DNA of 63,963 nucleotides, filler included, from Lama guanicoe (taxonomy: Eukaryota): the NCBI GenBank assembly GCA_013239625.1. It is 80 parts of 79 records of this genome, joined end to end, with 100 filler letters (N's around TTAATTAATTAA, not from the genome) between each part and the next. Parts side by side here need not be neighbours in the genome. Positions count along the whole stretch, not along the records: positions 35,523 to 36,092 come from PNXV01008774.1; positions 36,193 to 37,168 come from PNXV01008775.1; positions 37,269 to 38,061 come from PNXV01008776.1; positions 38,162 to 39,205 come from MU054638.1; positions 39,306 to 40,265 come from PNXV01008779.1; positions 40,366 to 41,345 come from PNXV01008780.1; positions 41,446 to 41,948 come from PNXV01008781.1; positions 42,049 to 42,435 come from MU054639.1; 72 more parts are not named here. One strand, 5' to 3'. The stretch's first letter is position 1. Each line of letters opens with the position of its first letter. Below are positions 35,523 to 48,700 of this stretch, piece after piece. The notes under the pieces are model-generated. The model was not told the DNA's origin. It did not search any database and worked only from the letters and a program-made list of their open reading frames with translations. The translations under genes and the position numbers were made by a program.

Positions 35523-36092
35523 AGAACAGGTAAAAACAGATTAAAAACAAAAACAAAAACAAAAAACAAAACCAAAAAAAAAAGGGGGTTTGTCGGTGTT
35601 CTCCTGGAGTGTGTGTGCTTTTAATGTGAAGTCCTTCTGTCTTCGTCCTGTTTTGGAAGCTCAGCTTGTTTTCAGAGGCCCTCCGTTGGCGCCCTCTTCT
35701 GTGCTGCACCCAGCACCTGTCGGCAAGCAGATCGCACCTCCTCCTAACACGGGGTCACATGCAGCTCTCCTCTGCTGCGGGCGGGTGGGTCACTGCCCCT
35801 CCGGATGCCGCAGTCAGATGTTGCAGACTGGCCAGGCAGGAGGGCGGGTCGTGCCCCACCCAGCACCTAGGGGTTGTGTTCCTGCCCGACAAGCGGGGGG
35901 CCGCTCTCCCCCTGCGTGCGCCGCCGGTAGCTCCGCTGCTCTGTGCGGCTGCGCGCTCTGCGCCGTTGCTCCGCCCTGGCCGGCGCTCCGCCCGGGTCGC
36001 GCTCCGCGGGCGGGCTCGGGGAAGACCGAGGGGCAGCCTCGTGCCTGCTCCGAGCCAAGACCCAGCTGCTTGTTTGTCTTTGTGGAGCAAGT
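35523..36092 (-). mobile_element. Young L1 5' UTR / internal promoter, CpG-rich
   Basis: On the minus strand a CpG-dense block is followed by a T-rich (TTTTTG)n tract, as in cetartiodactyl L1 5' UTRs. Confidence 0.65.
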
Positions 36093-36192
36093 NNNNNNNN
36101 NNNNNNNNNNNNNNNNNNNNNNNNNNNNNNNNNNNNTTAATTAATTAANNNNNNNNNNNNNNNNNNNNNNNNNNNNNNNNNNNNNNNNNNNN

Positions 36193-37168
36193 TATAAGTC
36201 ATATGAGCTGCTTACGTATTCTGGAGATCAAGCCTTTGTCACTTTCATCTTTTGCAAAAATTTTTCCCATTTCCTAGGTTGTTGTTTTGTTTTCCTTATG
36301 GTTTCCATTGCTGTGCAGAAGCTTGTAAGTTTCATTAGGTCCCATTTGTTTATTCTTGCTTTTGTTTCTGTTGCTGGAGTAGACTGTTCTAGGAGAACAC
36401 TTTTGAGATGTAAGATAATGTTTTGCCTATATTTTCTTCTAGGAGGTTTATTGTATCTTGTCTTATGTTTAAGTCTTTGATTCATTTTGAGTTTATTTTT
36501 GTGTATGGTGTAAGGGAGTGTTCTAGCTTCATGGATTTATATACTGCTGTCCAATTTTGCCAGCACCATTTGCTGAAGAGACTGTCTTTATTTCATTGTA
36601 TATTCTTGCGTCTTTTGTCAAAGTTTAGTTGACCAAAAGTTTGTGGGTTCATTTCTGGGCTCCCTATTCTGTTCCATTGTTCCATATGTCTGTTTTTGTA
36701 CCAATACCATGCTGTTTTGATGACTGTAGCTCTATAGTATTGTCTGAAGTCTGGGAGAGTTATTCCTCCAGCCTCTTTCTTTCTCTTCAGTAATGCTTTG
36801 GCAATTCTAGGTCTTTTGTGGTTCCATATAAGTTTTAATATAATTTGTTTTAGTTCTGTGAAATATGTCCTGGGTAATTTGATAGGGATTGCATTAAATC
36901 TGTAGATTGCCTTGGGCAGTGTGACCATTTTGACAATATTGATTCTTCCAATCCAAGAGCATGGGATATCTTTCAATTTTTTTTAGGTCTTCTTTAATTT
37001 CCTTCATCAGTGTTTTATAGTTTTCCATGTATCAGTCTTTCACCTCCTTGGTTAGATTTATTCCTAGATATTTTTTTACTTTGGGTGCTGTTTTAAAAGG
37101 GATTGTTTCTTTACTTTCCTTTCCTGTTGACTCATCATTAGTGTAAAGTAATGCAACTGATTTTTGTA
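36193..37168 (-). mobile_element. Young L1 ORF2 fragment
   Basis: [34 protein letters not shown]...[10 protein letters not shown]; highly similar to 23190-23935. Confidence 0.97.
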
Positions 37169-37268
37169 NNNNNNNNNNNNNNNNNNNNNNNNNNNNNNNN
37201 NNNNNNNNNNNNTTAATTAATTAANNNNNNNNNNNNNNNNNNNNNNNNNNNNNNNNNNNNNNNNNNNN

Positions 37269-38061
37269 TCTTTATCCAACAAACTAGCTAAATTTATTAA
37301 TTCTAATAGTTTACAGACTTCTTTGGAGTATATATCTGCACAATCACATCATCTGTATGTATTGATGTTATAACTGTCTCTATACCATGATTTTGTTTGT
37401 TCCTTTCCTTGGTTCATTGAAATATGGTACAGAATCACTGATGATAGGCATTCATTTACTTTTCCCAATTTCTGGGGAAAAGGTGTTAATATGCACTATT
37501 GTGCATAATGTTTGCTGTAAGTTTGGGGGGGGTTCAGATTGAGGGGAATTTCTTCTACTTTTCTGGGTTTTTTTAAATTATAAATAGGTGTTAAATATTG
37601 TAAAATGCCTTTGAATATGTATTAACTTATCTAATTATATTTCCCTTTTTTTATAAATATGAACATTTTATTAATCGCCTCAACATATTTTTAATATATA
37701 GCTTCATTTTTTTCATTTCAGTTCCAGAGAAAGATTAACCAATAATATTTTTTTCTTGAAGAATATTTGTCAATATTTGGAATCAAAATTCTGATAGCCT
37801 TGTAAAAAGTTAGGAATCTTTTCCCTTTTATCTTTTCTTAGCCTTGTAAAAAGTTAGGAATCTTTTCCCTTTTATCTTTTCTTGGAATAAGATTAGGTAA
37901 AATTGGCATTATTGAAAAAATTATCTACAAAAGTCATCTGTTCCTGAGATTTCCATTATAAAATAACTCAAATTATAAATATAATATTGTAACAAATACT
38001 GAAGTAATCAGATGTTATATTCATTTTCCCCTGAGCCTTGTGTTATTCAGTGAATTTTTCT
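37269..38061 (-). mobile_element. Ancient degraded L1 ORF2 fragment
   Basis: T-rich with L1M-like motifs (caatcacatcatctg, ataatgtttgctgtaagttt). Contains a 44-bp tandem duplication at 37795-37882. Confidence 0.6.
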
Positions 38062-38161
38062 NNNNNNNNNNNNNNNNNNNNNNNNNNNNNNNNNNNNNNN
38101 NNNNNTTAATTAATTAANNNNNNNNNNNNNNNNNNNNNNNNNNNNNNNNNNNNNNNNNNNN

Positions 38162-39205
38162 CTGAATATAGAATATAGAAAGTAGAACACAGAATAGAGA
38201 ATAGAGAATTAAAACATGGAATTCAGAACACTTAATTTAGAATATAGAATACAGAATACTGAATATAGAATTTGGAGTATAAAAGGTAGAACATAGAATA
38301 TATAATGTAGAATACGGAATACAGATTATAGAATACAGAAAATAGAATTTAGAACACAGAATATAAAATATGGAAAAGAGAATATAGAACATAGAAATTA
38401 GAAAATGGTATGCAGAACACAGAAATTATAATATATAATACAGTATACCTAAAATAGGATTTAGAATATATGATGTAGAACACAGAATTTTAAATATAGA
38501 ATACAGAATACTGAATATAGAATTAAGAATATAGAAAGCAGAACACAGAATATAGATTAAAGAATAGAGAATTTAGAACATGGAAAGCAGAACACAGAAT
38601 TTAGAATATAGAATACAGAATACTGAATATAGAATTTAGTATATAGAAANNNNNNNNNNNNNNNNNNNNNNNNNNNNNNNNNNNNNNNNNNNNNNNNNNN
38701 NNNNNNNNNNNNNNNNNNNNNNNNNNNNNNNNNNNNNNNNNNNNNNNNNNNNNNNNNNNNNNNNNNNNNNNNNNNNNNNNNNNNNNNNNNNNNNNNNNNN
38801 NNNNNNNNNNNNNNNNNNNNNNNNNNNNNNNNNNNNNNNNNNNNNNNNNNNNNNNNNNNNNNNNNNNNNNNNNNNNNNNNNNNNNNNNNNNNNNNNNNNN
38901 NNNNNNNNNNNNNNNNNNNNNNNNNNNNNNNNNNNNNNNNNNNNNNNNNNNNNNNNNNNNNNNNNNNNNNNNNNNNNNNNNNNNNNNNNNNNNNNNNNNN
39001 NNNNNNNNNNNNNNNNNNNNNNNNNNNNNNNNNNNNNNNNNNNNNNNNNNNNNATTTAGAATATGCAAAACACAGAATTTAGAATATAGAATACAAATCA
39101 CTGAATATAGAAATTAAAATATCGAATGTAGAATACAGAATATAGATTATAGAATCCGGAATGCAGAATATAGTATACAGATTACAGAATTTACAACACA
39201 GAATA
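38162..39205 (+). repeat. 7-bp AT-rich satellite
   Basis: GAA-anchored 7-mers. Confidence 0.95.
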
Positions 39206-40127
39206 NNNNNNNNNNNNNNNNNNNNNNNNNNNNNNNNNNNNNNNNNNNNTTAATTAATTAANNNNNNNNNNNNNNNNNNNNNNNNNNNNNNNNNNNNNNN
39301 NNNNNGGAGCCAACCGGCACCCCAGGGCTTCTAAGGCTCGCATATCTCCCAGAAACCCTGCTTTATGGTTTGATTTGGCTTCTGAGGATTTCCCCTCACT
39401 TTCTTCACAATTAGCTGTGCAGCTTGAAAGATGAGGAAGGAAGGTTTTATTTCTTATTCAGCATTTTAAGAAACTTGTGTAATGAAGGTTTTCACGAGTT
39501 TCTAGAACCCTCCATTGCCAAGACAGAAAACACAATAGATATTTTCTAAATTTAGGTATCATGTGCATTTTTTCTTTGCTTTTATTGTTTTCTTAACTAC
39601 TAACAGACATTTTTTAATTAAAAAAAATAAGGCCTCAAATAGGATAGATACTTGAAGGGGCATACAAAATTAAAGGGCAAAGACAGAAAAATGATAAATA
39701 CTCTACAAGGTTAATATAATACACACACTATGGATCAGTTCAGCAATTCTCATTTACAGCTAATTGAAACATGACCATGAGGTAAAACTTCTCTCCTGTC
39801 AGGAGATGGCCAACAGATAATAGAATTAAAACAACAAAGTAAAATTCTAAGTCTGGCAATGTACAGAATGCTCCCAGCTTAATGTGTCTTCTTCTAGAAA
39901 AGAGGGAGGCTCACCAGCTCTTTACTGTGGACCCTGAGCCTAGGGGAGGACGGTGAAGTGAGCTCTGTAAATACCCAATTAGCAAAGTGAGTGATGAATA
40001 AAGTGGCCTGAGCTTTGTTGACAGAGATGATGCTACTATTCACTTGTCCTGTAAAGTATGTCTTCACGTTCACTGATCAATACCTCGGCATCCTCAGGTA
40101 TTGAGATTACAGGAAAATGCACAGCCT

Positions 40128-40230
40128 GGGCCAAGACCTCCTCTGTGAGCTCGTGACACTGCACTTAGATGTCTCAAGGGTACCTCCAACTCTACCTGCA
40201 CAGAGCTGACTTCACCGTGCTCCTCCCATA
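40128..40230 (+). mobile_element. L2 LINE fragment
   Basis: cacttagatgtctcaagggtacctccaactctacctgcacagagctgacttcacc resembles the L2 consensus. Confidence 0.55.
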
Positions 40231-40365
40231 GCCGTCCTGCCCAGGGCACCTGGGCGGGGGGCAAGNNNNNNNNNNNNNNNNNNNNNNNNNNNNNNNNNNN
40301 NNNNNNNNNTTAATTAATTAANNNNNNNNNNNNNNNNNNNNNNNNNNNNNNNNNNNNNNNNNNNN

Positions 40366-40980
40366 GGCATTGCTGGATTTAGTTTGCTAATATTTTTTTG
40401 TGGAATATTTGCATTTAAAATCAATCAAATATATTGGCTTGAAGTTGTCTTTGCCCGTACTTTGTTTTTGGCTTTGCTATCAGGGTGATGAAATCTTCAT
40501 AGAATTAATTTGGGAGTTTCCCACACCTTCACAATTTTTGAATAGTTTGAAGAGTATAAGTTCTGCTTTGTATTTTTGTATAGTTCTCCAAGGGAGCTGT
40601 TTATATCTGCACTTCTTTTCAACAATTTTTTTAAATGCAGATTCTATCTTTCTTCTAGTAAATTTTGTTCAAATTATTTGTTTCTCCTTATCTCTGTCTC
40701 TTTCTAGACATTTGTCTATTTCTTCTAAATTGTCTATTTTATTGGCATATATATGTTGACAAAATGAACACTTTTTTTGTATATCTTAGGTAAAAATAGT
40801 TATTTCTCTTCTTTTATTTCGGGCTTTATTTCTTGGGAGCATCTCTCTTTCCTTCATGATGCACCTGCCTCGAGTTTTTCTGAATTTGCTTATCTTAAAA
40901 AGAAAACATAAAACAAAATCTTTTGTTACATTAAACTTTGAATAGTTATTTTTCCTCTATAATTTATATTTGCACCTGTA
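40366..40980 (-). mobile_element. Older L1 ORF2 fragment
   Basis: ttgctggatttagtttgctaatatttttttgtggaatatttgc and tttcttctaaattgtctattttattggcatata are antisense L1 ORF2 motifs. Confidence 0.8.
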
Positions 40981-40995
40981 ATATTAACGATCATG

Positions 40996-41345
40996 TTTTT
41001 TTTTTAATTTTACTGGTTTACAGTCATTTTACAAAGTTGTCTGAATTCCAGCATAGAGCACAATTTTTCAGTTAAATATATTCATTTGCTGTCCCATTTT
41101 TTCTTCTGTGAACTGCCGTAAAAACTTTTATACATTTCCCTGTCCTATACAGTACAATCCTGTTTATCTATTCTACAATTTTGACCTCCCAGTCTATCTC
41201 TTCCCACCCTGCGCCCCCTTGGCAACCAAAACATTGTATTCTAAGTTTGTGTGTCTTCTTCTGTTTTGAATTTTGGCTTTTTTTGTTTTGGTTTGGTTTT
41301 TTTGTTTTTAGATTCCACTGATGAGCCATCTCATATGATATTTTT
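40996..41345 (-). mobile_element. L1 3' UTR with poly(A)
   Basis: Poly-T followed by the same UTR family as 1558-1812. Confidence 0.85.
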
Positions 41346-42048
41346 NNNNNNNNNNNNNNNNNNNNNNNNNNNNNNNNNNNNNNNNNNNNTTAATTAATTA
41401 ANNNNNNNNNNNNNNNNNNNNNNNNNNNNNNNNNNNNNNNNNNNNGTAACTGAATCATCAGATCGATGGTGAGCCACCACTTACACATCCTGTATGGCTA
41501 AAGTTGCTTTAGGAGGTGTGTAGATTCTGCTCTCCCAAAGTGGCCTTTTCTGCCTGGAGATATAGCCTTTCTGTACAGCTGATGAAGCTATCTGGTGACC
41601 ATTATTTAAATTATTCTCAAAGTGTTTCCCAGAGGAAGTGGTCTTAAAAACAACCTGTTATGGTCATTATATGGAAATTAGATTCTTTTTTTAGACTTTA
41701 GTTCAGTCTCCAGCCTTTTTTCCCTTATGTTTCAACAAGTTATTCTTATGAATCACACATAAGCGTATTCAACTACTTGTTCTTTTGGCTTGACAATGTA
41801 TTTCCAAAATTCTACCTTTGTAAGTTTAGTTCTGCTGTGATTTGTAACTTCAGATAAATGAAGGCATATTGTTAATAGAAAACTCCATCATCACTCTGTT
41901 CCCACCATCCTGGAGGGATTTGGATCGTTCATTTTCTATTCTCGATCTNNNNNNNNNNNNNNNNNNNNNNNNNNNNNNNNNNNNNNNNNNNNTTAATTAA
42001 TTAANNNNNNNNNNNNNNNNNNNNNNNNNNNNNNNNNNNNNNNNNNNN

Positions 42049-42435
42049 TGCCAGTGAATGCTAGGGATCTGCGCTGGTATGCCCAGGGTCAGCAGCACCC
42101 AGCCCAAGGTTTGAGAATGTGTTTCTCGGACCTAAAACAGGGAATAACTGTGACTGAAGAGAGCTGCGTGGAGTTGTCTCATGAGCTCCACCACTCACTG
42201 ATTATGGTTCCGGAATCCTGAGCGTAGGGAGGTTCCACCAACGGTCGGAAGTGCGTGAGTTCTAACGGATTGCATAAACTCGTCCCCCTGAGTGTTTTCC
42301 TAATGTCTACCAGGGTCAGCCCACCCCAAGGTCAAGGAATTTATTTCTCTGACTTCCCACGAACACGGAACACCTGTGACGGAAGAGAGCTGCATGGAGT
42401 TATCTCTCGAGCTCCCCCAAGCAATGATAAGATAA
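42049..42435 (-). repeat. 267-bp satellite (family A), diverged, with ~40-bp internal deletion
   Basis: gtgac.gaagagagc at 42150 and 42376 (period 226). Confidence 0.9.
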
Positions 42436-42535
42436 NNNNNNNNNNNNNNNNNNNNNNNNNNNNNNNNNNNNNNNNNNNNTTAATTAATTAANNNNNNNNN
42501 NNNNNNNNNNNNNNNNNNNNNNNNNNNNNNNNNNN

Positions 42536-43009
42536 TCTACTTCTACCAAAAAGAACAACTTTACTCGTCAATGTATCCTACAGTGTATAATTTTTCTCAT
42601 TCAGGACTTTGAGTATATCTTTTCACTCCCTTCTGGGTTGTAGTATTTTGCAGAGAAATCAGCTGTAATGCTTATGGGGATTCCCTTGTAATTCACACTT
42701 TACTATTCTCTTGCTGTCTTTAGGATCATTTTTTATCCTTGATTCTGGCCATCTTAATTATATGTCTTGGTGTGGGTGTATTTGTTTTCTTCCTGTTTGG
42801 CACACGGTGAGCTTCCTGTACTTGAATATCTGATTCCTACTTTAAGTTTCGGAAGTTCTCAGTCATGATTTCTACAAAAACTTTTGCAATCCCCTTTAAT
42901 CATTGTTCCCCTTCTGGGAATTCTATCATGCCAAGATTAGTATGCTTTGTATTATCCCAAAGGTCCCTTATGCTTTTTTCATTTGTTTCTCATTGTTTCT
43001 CTTGTAGGT
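42536..43009 (-). mobile_element. L1 ORF1 fragment
   Basis: gagaaatcagctg..atgcttatggggattcccttgta and tatatgtcttggtgtggg are antisense L1 ORF1 motifs. Confidence 0.85.
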
Positions 43010-43109
43010 NNNNNNNNNNNNNNNNNNNNNNNNNNNNNNNNNNNNNNNNNNNNTTAATTAATTAANNNNNNNNNNNNNNNNNNNNNNNNNNNNNNNNNNN
43101 NNNNNNNNN

Positions 43110-43707
43110 GTGTTCTACATTCTATATTCTGTATTCTATATTCTGCTTTCCGTATTCTGTTTTCTTTATTCTGTTTCTACATTGTATATTCTAAATTCTA
43201 TAATCAGTATTCTGTATTCTATATTCTAAATTCTGTGTTCTTCATTCTAAATCGTAATTCTATATTCAGTAGTCTGTATTCTATATTCTAAATTCTATAA
43301 TCAGTATTCTGTATTCTATATTCTTAAATCTGTGTTCTACATTGTATATTCATATTCTATATTCAGTATTCGGTATTCTATATTCTAAATTCTGTGTTCT
43401 ACATTCTAAATTCTAAATTCTATATTTAGTAGTCTGTATTCTATATTCCAAATTCTGTGTTCTGCATTNNNNNNNNNNNNNNNNNNNNNNNNNNNNNNNN
43501 NNNNNNNNNNNNNNNNNNNNNNNNNNNNNNNNNNNNNNNNNNNNNNNNNNNNNNNNNNNNNNNNNNNNNNNNNNNNTCTATATTCTATATTCTGTGTTCT
43601 ACATTGTATATTCTAAATTCTATATTCAGTATTCCTTATTCTATATTCTATATTCGGGGTTCTGAATTCCTTGTTCTAAAACCTATATTAAGTATTCTGT
43701 ATTCTAT
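43110..43707 (-). repeat. 7-bp AT-rich satellite
   Basis: TTC-anchored 7-mers. Confidence 0.95.
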
Positions 43708-43807
43708 NNNNNNNNNNNNNNNNNNNNNNNNNNNNNNNNNNNNNNNNNNNNTTAATTAATTAANNNNNNNNNNNNNNNNNNNNNNNNNNNNNNNNNNNNN
43801 NNNNNNN

Positions 43808-44305
43808 TTAGAACATGGAATGCAGAACAAAGTATTTAGTATATACAGTGCAGAATTCTAAATATAGTATTTAGAATATAGAATGTAGAATACTGAATAT
43901 AGAATTTAGAATATAGAATGTAGAACACAGAATATAGAATATAGAATAGTTAATGCAGTATATTTAATGTAGAATATAGAATGAATAACACATAGTGTAG
44001 AATATAGAATAGAGAATATAGAGGCCAGAATTTAGAACATGGAATGCAGAACACAGAATATAGAATATACAATGCAGAATACTGCATGTAGAATTTAGAC
44101 TAAAGAATACAGAATACTGAATATAGAATTTAGAATATAGAATGCAGAACACAGATTTTAGAATATAGAATAAAGAATACTGAATATGGACTTTAGAGCA
44201 TGGAATGCAGAACACAGAATTTAGAATATAGTATTCAGAACAGAAATCTGAATATTGAATTTAGTATATAGAATTTAGAACACAGTATATAGAATAAAGA
44301 AAAAA
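43808..44305 (+). repeat. 7-bp AT-rich satellite
   Basis: GAA-anchored 7-mers. Confidence 0.95.
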
Positions 44306-45120
44306 NNNNNNNNNNNNNNNNNNNNNNNNNNNNNNNNNNNNNNNNNNNNTTAATTAATTAANNNNNNNNNNNNNNNNNNNNNNNNNNNNNNNNNNNNNNN
44401 NNNNNAAACTTGGAAAGTCAAATTCTGCAGGATCTTGCTCAATTCCTGCTTTTATACAAACGTGCTCAGCACGTGGTTCCTGGCCGTCGCTGTGTGACGT
44501 GCGTGACGGCGCTGCCTGGCTGGCGGTCCCTGGTGGGGAAGTGGCTGGCTCGGGGGTGAGCAGCTGTAGGGGACGCTGTTGGAGGAAGCAGTCATCGTTT
44601 TGTTATATATATATTTTTTTGCATTCAACTTCCCCGTGCCATTTATTTTACTTTGCCTCCAAAAAGGGGCAGAATTGGGTCTAAAATCCATGCCACTCTT
44701 GTTCCCTTTATGAGGCTGGTTCTTCTGAGTATCAGGACTACAAAGCCTTCTCCTTAGTAGCTGGCTCACCTGGATCTGGTGGACACAAGGACTGCTAAAG
44801 GGGACCATAGCTTCCTCTCTGCTTCAGCCAGTGGGCATTCAGAGCCAGGTCTGTGGTTTGCCTCAGCATCCGTGCAGGCCTCCCTGCCCCGGCCTTTAAT
44901 TTTAACCCATGTTTGCAGTAAATAGCTGACTCCGTGTCTGTTGCAGCTGACGTCCAACACTGACTGCCTTGTTGTTAGTTTGCGGTAGTGAGTCCCCAAC
45001 ATCCCAGTCAACCATGAAGGAAGATGCTTTGGTCGACCTAAGACCTTGTATTCTTACTCCTACCCTGGTACATCTCACCCGGGGGAAGAGTTTCACCACC
45101 ACCATCATGCTGTCCATGAG

Positions 45121-45301
45121 ACCTTGTTTCTCCTTTCATGCTCTGGTCCAAATGTGTACACTTCATATTTCACTGAATTTCTCTCGCTTGAGACAGGTCA
45201 GAATATCTGAATGAAACCTTGTTTCTCCTTTCATGCTCTGGTCCAAATGTGTACACTTCATATTTCACTGAATTTCTCTCGCTTGAGACAGGTCAGAATA
45301 T
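45121..45301. repeat. Exact tandem duplication, period 95 bp
   Basis: 45121-45206 is identical to 45216-45301, at the contig end. Confidence 0.92.
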
Positions 45302-45401
45302 NNNNNNNNNNNNNNNNNNNNNNNNNNNNNNNNNNNNNNNNNNNNTTAATTAATTAANNNNNNNNNNNNNNNNNNNNNNNNNNNNNNNNNNNNNNNNNNN
45401 N

Positions 45402-45819
45402 CATTCCTCACAGCTTGTTTATCAGTTCAGCCCATGGGCTTATTCTTTAGTGCACTCAGACAGGGGCCTACAAACCAAACATCCCTTGACAGAAAACTGG
45501 ATGAAGAAAATTTGATGTATATATGCAATGGAATCAATACTTTGCATTCCTATCAACAGTGTCCACGGTGTTCCTTTTTCTCCACAATCTCACCAACATC
45601 TATTTGTTTTCTTTTTGATGAGAGCCTTCTAACAAGTGTGAGGTCTTGTAAGGTCTTGTCTCATTTTTGGCTTATGACTTTCCTAATAATTTATAACTCT
45701 GAACATATTTTCATGTGTCATTTAGTCAACTCTATGTTTTCTACAAAAAAATTGATTCAGATCTATCTACCCAGTTCCTGCGTATATTTTTTTTAATTGG
45801 ATTGTTTGGTCATTTTTGT
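45402..45819. repeat. Duplicated segment with rearranged old L1 (paralogue of 34965-35380)
   Basis: Direct high-identity match to the 34884 contig, including the L1 inversion junction. Confidence 0.85.
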
Positions 45820-45934
45820 NNNNNNNNNNNNNNNNNNNNNNNNNNNNNNNNNNNNNNNNNNNNTTAATTAATTAANNNNNNNNNNNNNNNNNNNNNNNNN
45901 NNNNNNNNNNNNNNNNNNNTAGATCAAAAATAAA

Positions 45935-46630
45935 TATTGCTATGATTTATCACAAAAGCAGTTTTGTTCCTGTTCTTGTTCATAAAATGCATAGTTTCAG
46001 GTTTTACATTTAGGAAATTAATCCATTTCTATTTTATTTTGTATACTATGTAAGGAAGTGCTCTTACATCTACTTTTTACATGTAATGTCCAGTTTTCCC
46101 AGAACTACTTGTTGAAGAGACTGTCTTTTTTCCATTGTATACTGTTGCATCCTTTATTGTAGGCTAATTGACCATATGTGTGTGTGTTTATTTAAGGACT
46201 CTTTATTTTGTTCCATTGATCTATGTGACTCTTTTAGTGAAATATTTTGATGTTTTCTTACTGTATATTTGTAGTATGTTTTAAAGTCAGGGAGGATAAT
46301 AACCGTAGCTTTGTTCATTTTTCAAAGATAATTTTNNNNNNNNNNNNNNNNNNNNNNNNNNNNNNNNNNNNNNNNNNNNNNNNNNNNNNNNNNAATTTTA
46401 TTATTTTCCACCTTGTTTTGTGAAGAAACATATGGATTCTGTGAGAATAGAAATTTAATAAAAGAAGAAAACCTGAGAAAAATTTTAAAGTGTGGAGGAT
46501 AAATCATACAAGCTTAAACAACCAAGGATTGGTGTATAAATCAAAGAAAAAATACATAAATAGAACAACAAAAACAAATTTCATGTGTTATAACAAAAGC
46601 AATATTAATAGGGATGTTTATAGCAAAACA
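45935..46630. mobile_element. Old L1 ORF2 fragments in opposite orientations
   Basis: Antisense ccagttttcccagaactacttgttgaagagactgtc (to 46335); sense gtggaggataaatcatacaagcttaaacaacca after the gap. Confidence 0.7.
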
Positions 46631-47265
46631 NNNNNNNNNNNNNNNNNNNNNNNNNNNNNNNNNNNNNNNNNNNNTTAATTAATTAANNNNNNNNNNNNNN
46701 NNNNNNNNNNNNNNNNNNNNNNNNNNNNNNTGGTTTTGCACCTGTACGTCATTTGCAACCACGTCATCATCAAAGGAGTAAGACCTTACATCTGTAGGGC
46801 GTAAAGCACTGCGGTGCTTCCGAACCATCAAAGAACACTGAGCTTTGTGAAACAGTCCTGAGGCACTTAAATCGTACTTTTTCTGAAAGGCTACGAAACT
46901 GACCCACTTCACCATTCCAGGCATAACAGGGAGGTACCGGAATTAGTAGAGAAAACTTGCCCTTGAAGTCTGACAAGGCCCTGCTTGAATCCTGCTACAG
47001 CATTTACTAGCCGCTAAACNNNNNNNNNNNNNNNNNNNNNNNNNNNNNNNNNNNNNNNNNNNNNNNNNNNNNNNNCCCCTGGGAGGATGTGAATGCAACA
47101 TCCAAGAAGTGCGGCAGAATGGTACCTGACACGGCGCCTGGCTAGTTTCACTCCGCTGACCTTCTNNNNNNNNNNNNNNNNNNNNNNNNNNNNNNNNNNN
47201 NNNNNNNNNTTAATTAATTAANNNNNNNNNNNNNNNNNNNNNNNNNNNNNNNNNNNNNNNNNNNN

Positions 47266-47663
47266 CTATATTCTATATTCTATATTCTGTCTTCTGCATT
47301 CTATATTCTAAATAATATATACAGCTTTCTGTATTCTATATTATAAATTCTGTGTTCTACATTATATATTCTAAATTCTATACTCAGTATTATGTAATCT
47401 ATATTCTAAATTCTATGTTCTACATTCCATGATCTAATTTCTGAGTTGTACATTCTCTATTCTATATTCTATATTTTGTNNNNNNNNNNNNNNNNNNNNN
47501 NNNNNNNNNNNNNNNNNNNNNNNNNNNNNNNNNNNNNNNNNNNNNNNNNNNNNNNNNNNNNCTAAATTTTATATTCAGTATTCTCTATTCTATATTTTAA
47601 ATTCTGAGTTCTGCTTCCATGTTCCAAAATCTGGCTTCAATAATTTCTGAGCTATATTTTTTA
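47266..47663 (-). repeat. 7-bp AT-rich satellite
   Basis: TTC-anchored 7-mers. Confidence 0.93.
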
Positions 47664-47763
47664 NNNNNNNNNNNNNNNNNNNNNNNNNNNNNNNNNNNNN
47701 NNNNNNNTTAATTAATTAANNNNNNNNNNNNNNNNNNNNNNNNNNNNNNNNNNNNNNNNNNNN

Positions 47764-48055
47764 ATCTTGCAGCTGTCCATGTGGGTCAAATCATGGTGTC
47801 CCCGTAAAACCTGTAAAAAAAAAATAGGTTATTCTCTATTTTGCAACTTGCCATCTCTACATAAGTGTAGAAGAGCTAACATCCTTAAAGATCAGAGCCC
47901 GGAGAATAGGCTCTCCTGGATATTTCAGGCTAAAGGCAACTATCTTTTACAAAAGGTTCAGAGATAGCAAGTCTGAGAGCCTAGAAAACAGGGTACAGGT
48001 CTAAAGCCAAAAGAACATATCTAACATGGAGTCAAATTTGTTCTTTTGTATTACA
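47764..48055 (-). mobile_element. ERV1-type LTR, 5' part
   Basis: Minus strand begins TGTAATACAAAAGAACAAATTTGACTCCATGTTAGAT, a typical LTR start of recalled cetartiodactyl MER41-like LTRs. Confidence 0.7.
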
Positions 48056-48700
48056 ACTTCTTTTTCCACCTCATAAATAATTTTTGTAAGAAACATGAGC
48101 AATTTTCTTTTTTGCTTCTTAATTACGGATATGTGGGCCAACTACAGTTTTGTGAGCAGGGATGCTGTGCGTGCCTTGGGGTCACAGCAAACTCTTCTTG
48201 GGGGTGGCCGACCCTGCAACATGGTCTGATGCCCGGTAAGGGTGNNNNNNNNNNNNNNNNNNNNNNNNNNNNNNNNNNNNNNNNNNNNNNNNNNNNNNNN
48301 NAGACCTCTTTTTCAGCTGCAGGAAATTTTTTCAGATACTGTGATGGAAAAATCACTCCAGCTGGGGATAATCAGGGAAAAAAGGAAGAGGAAAAGGGCT
48401 GGGAGTAGAGTAGATGAGAAGGACAGAAGATCAGGGAGCCTGGGGGCCTGGGAGTGGGGCCTCGGGAGAGAGAGGAGCATAGGTGGGGAGGGTCCCGGCT
48501 CCGGAAACAGCTCCTGCACCTGTCCCCGCACCCAAACCACACAGGCATTATTTGGGCCCAAGACTCTCTCCCGGTCTGGATGTCACCCTGGGCAGAACCT
48601 NNNNNNNNNNNNNNNNNNNNNNNNNNNNNNNNNNNNNNNNNNNNTTAATTAATTAANNNNNNNNNNNNNNNNNNNNNNNNNNNNNNNNNNNNNNNNNNNN

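Noticed and set aside
45121..45301. Exact 86-bp direct repeat as a functional element
   Set aside because: It is a perfect copy ending exactly at a contig end, most likely an assembly artefact or trivial tandem duplication.
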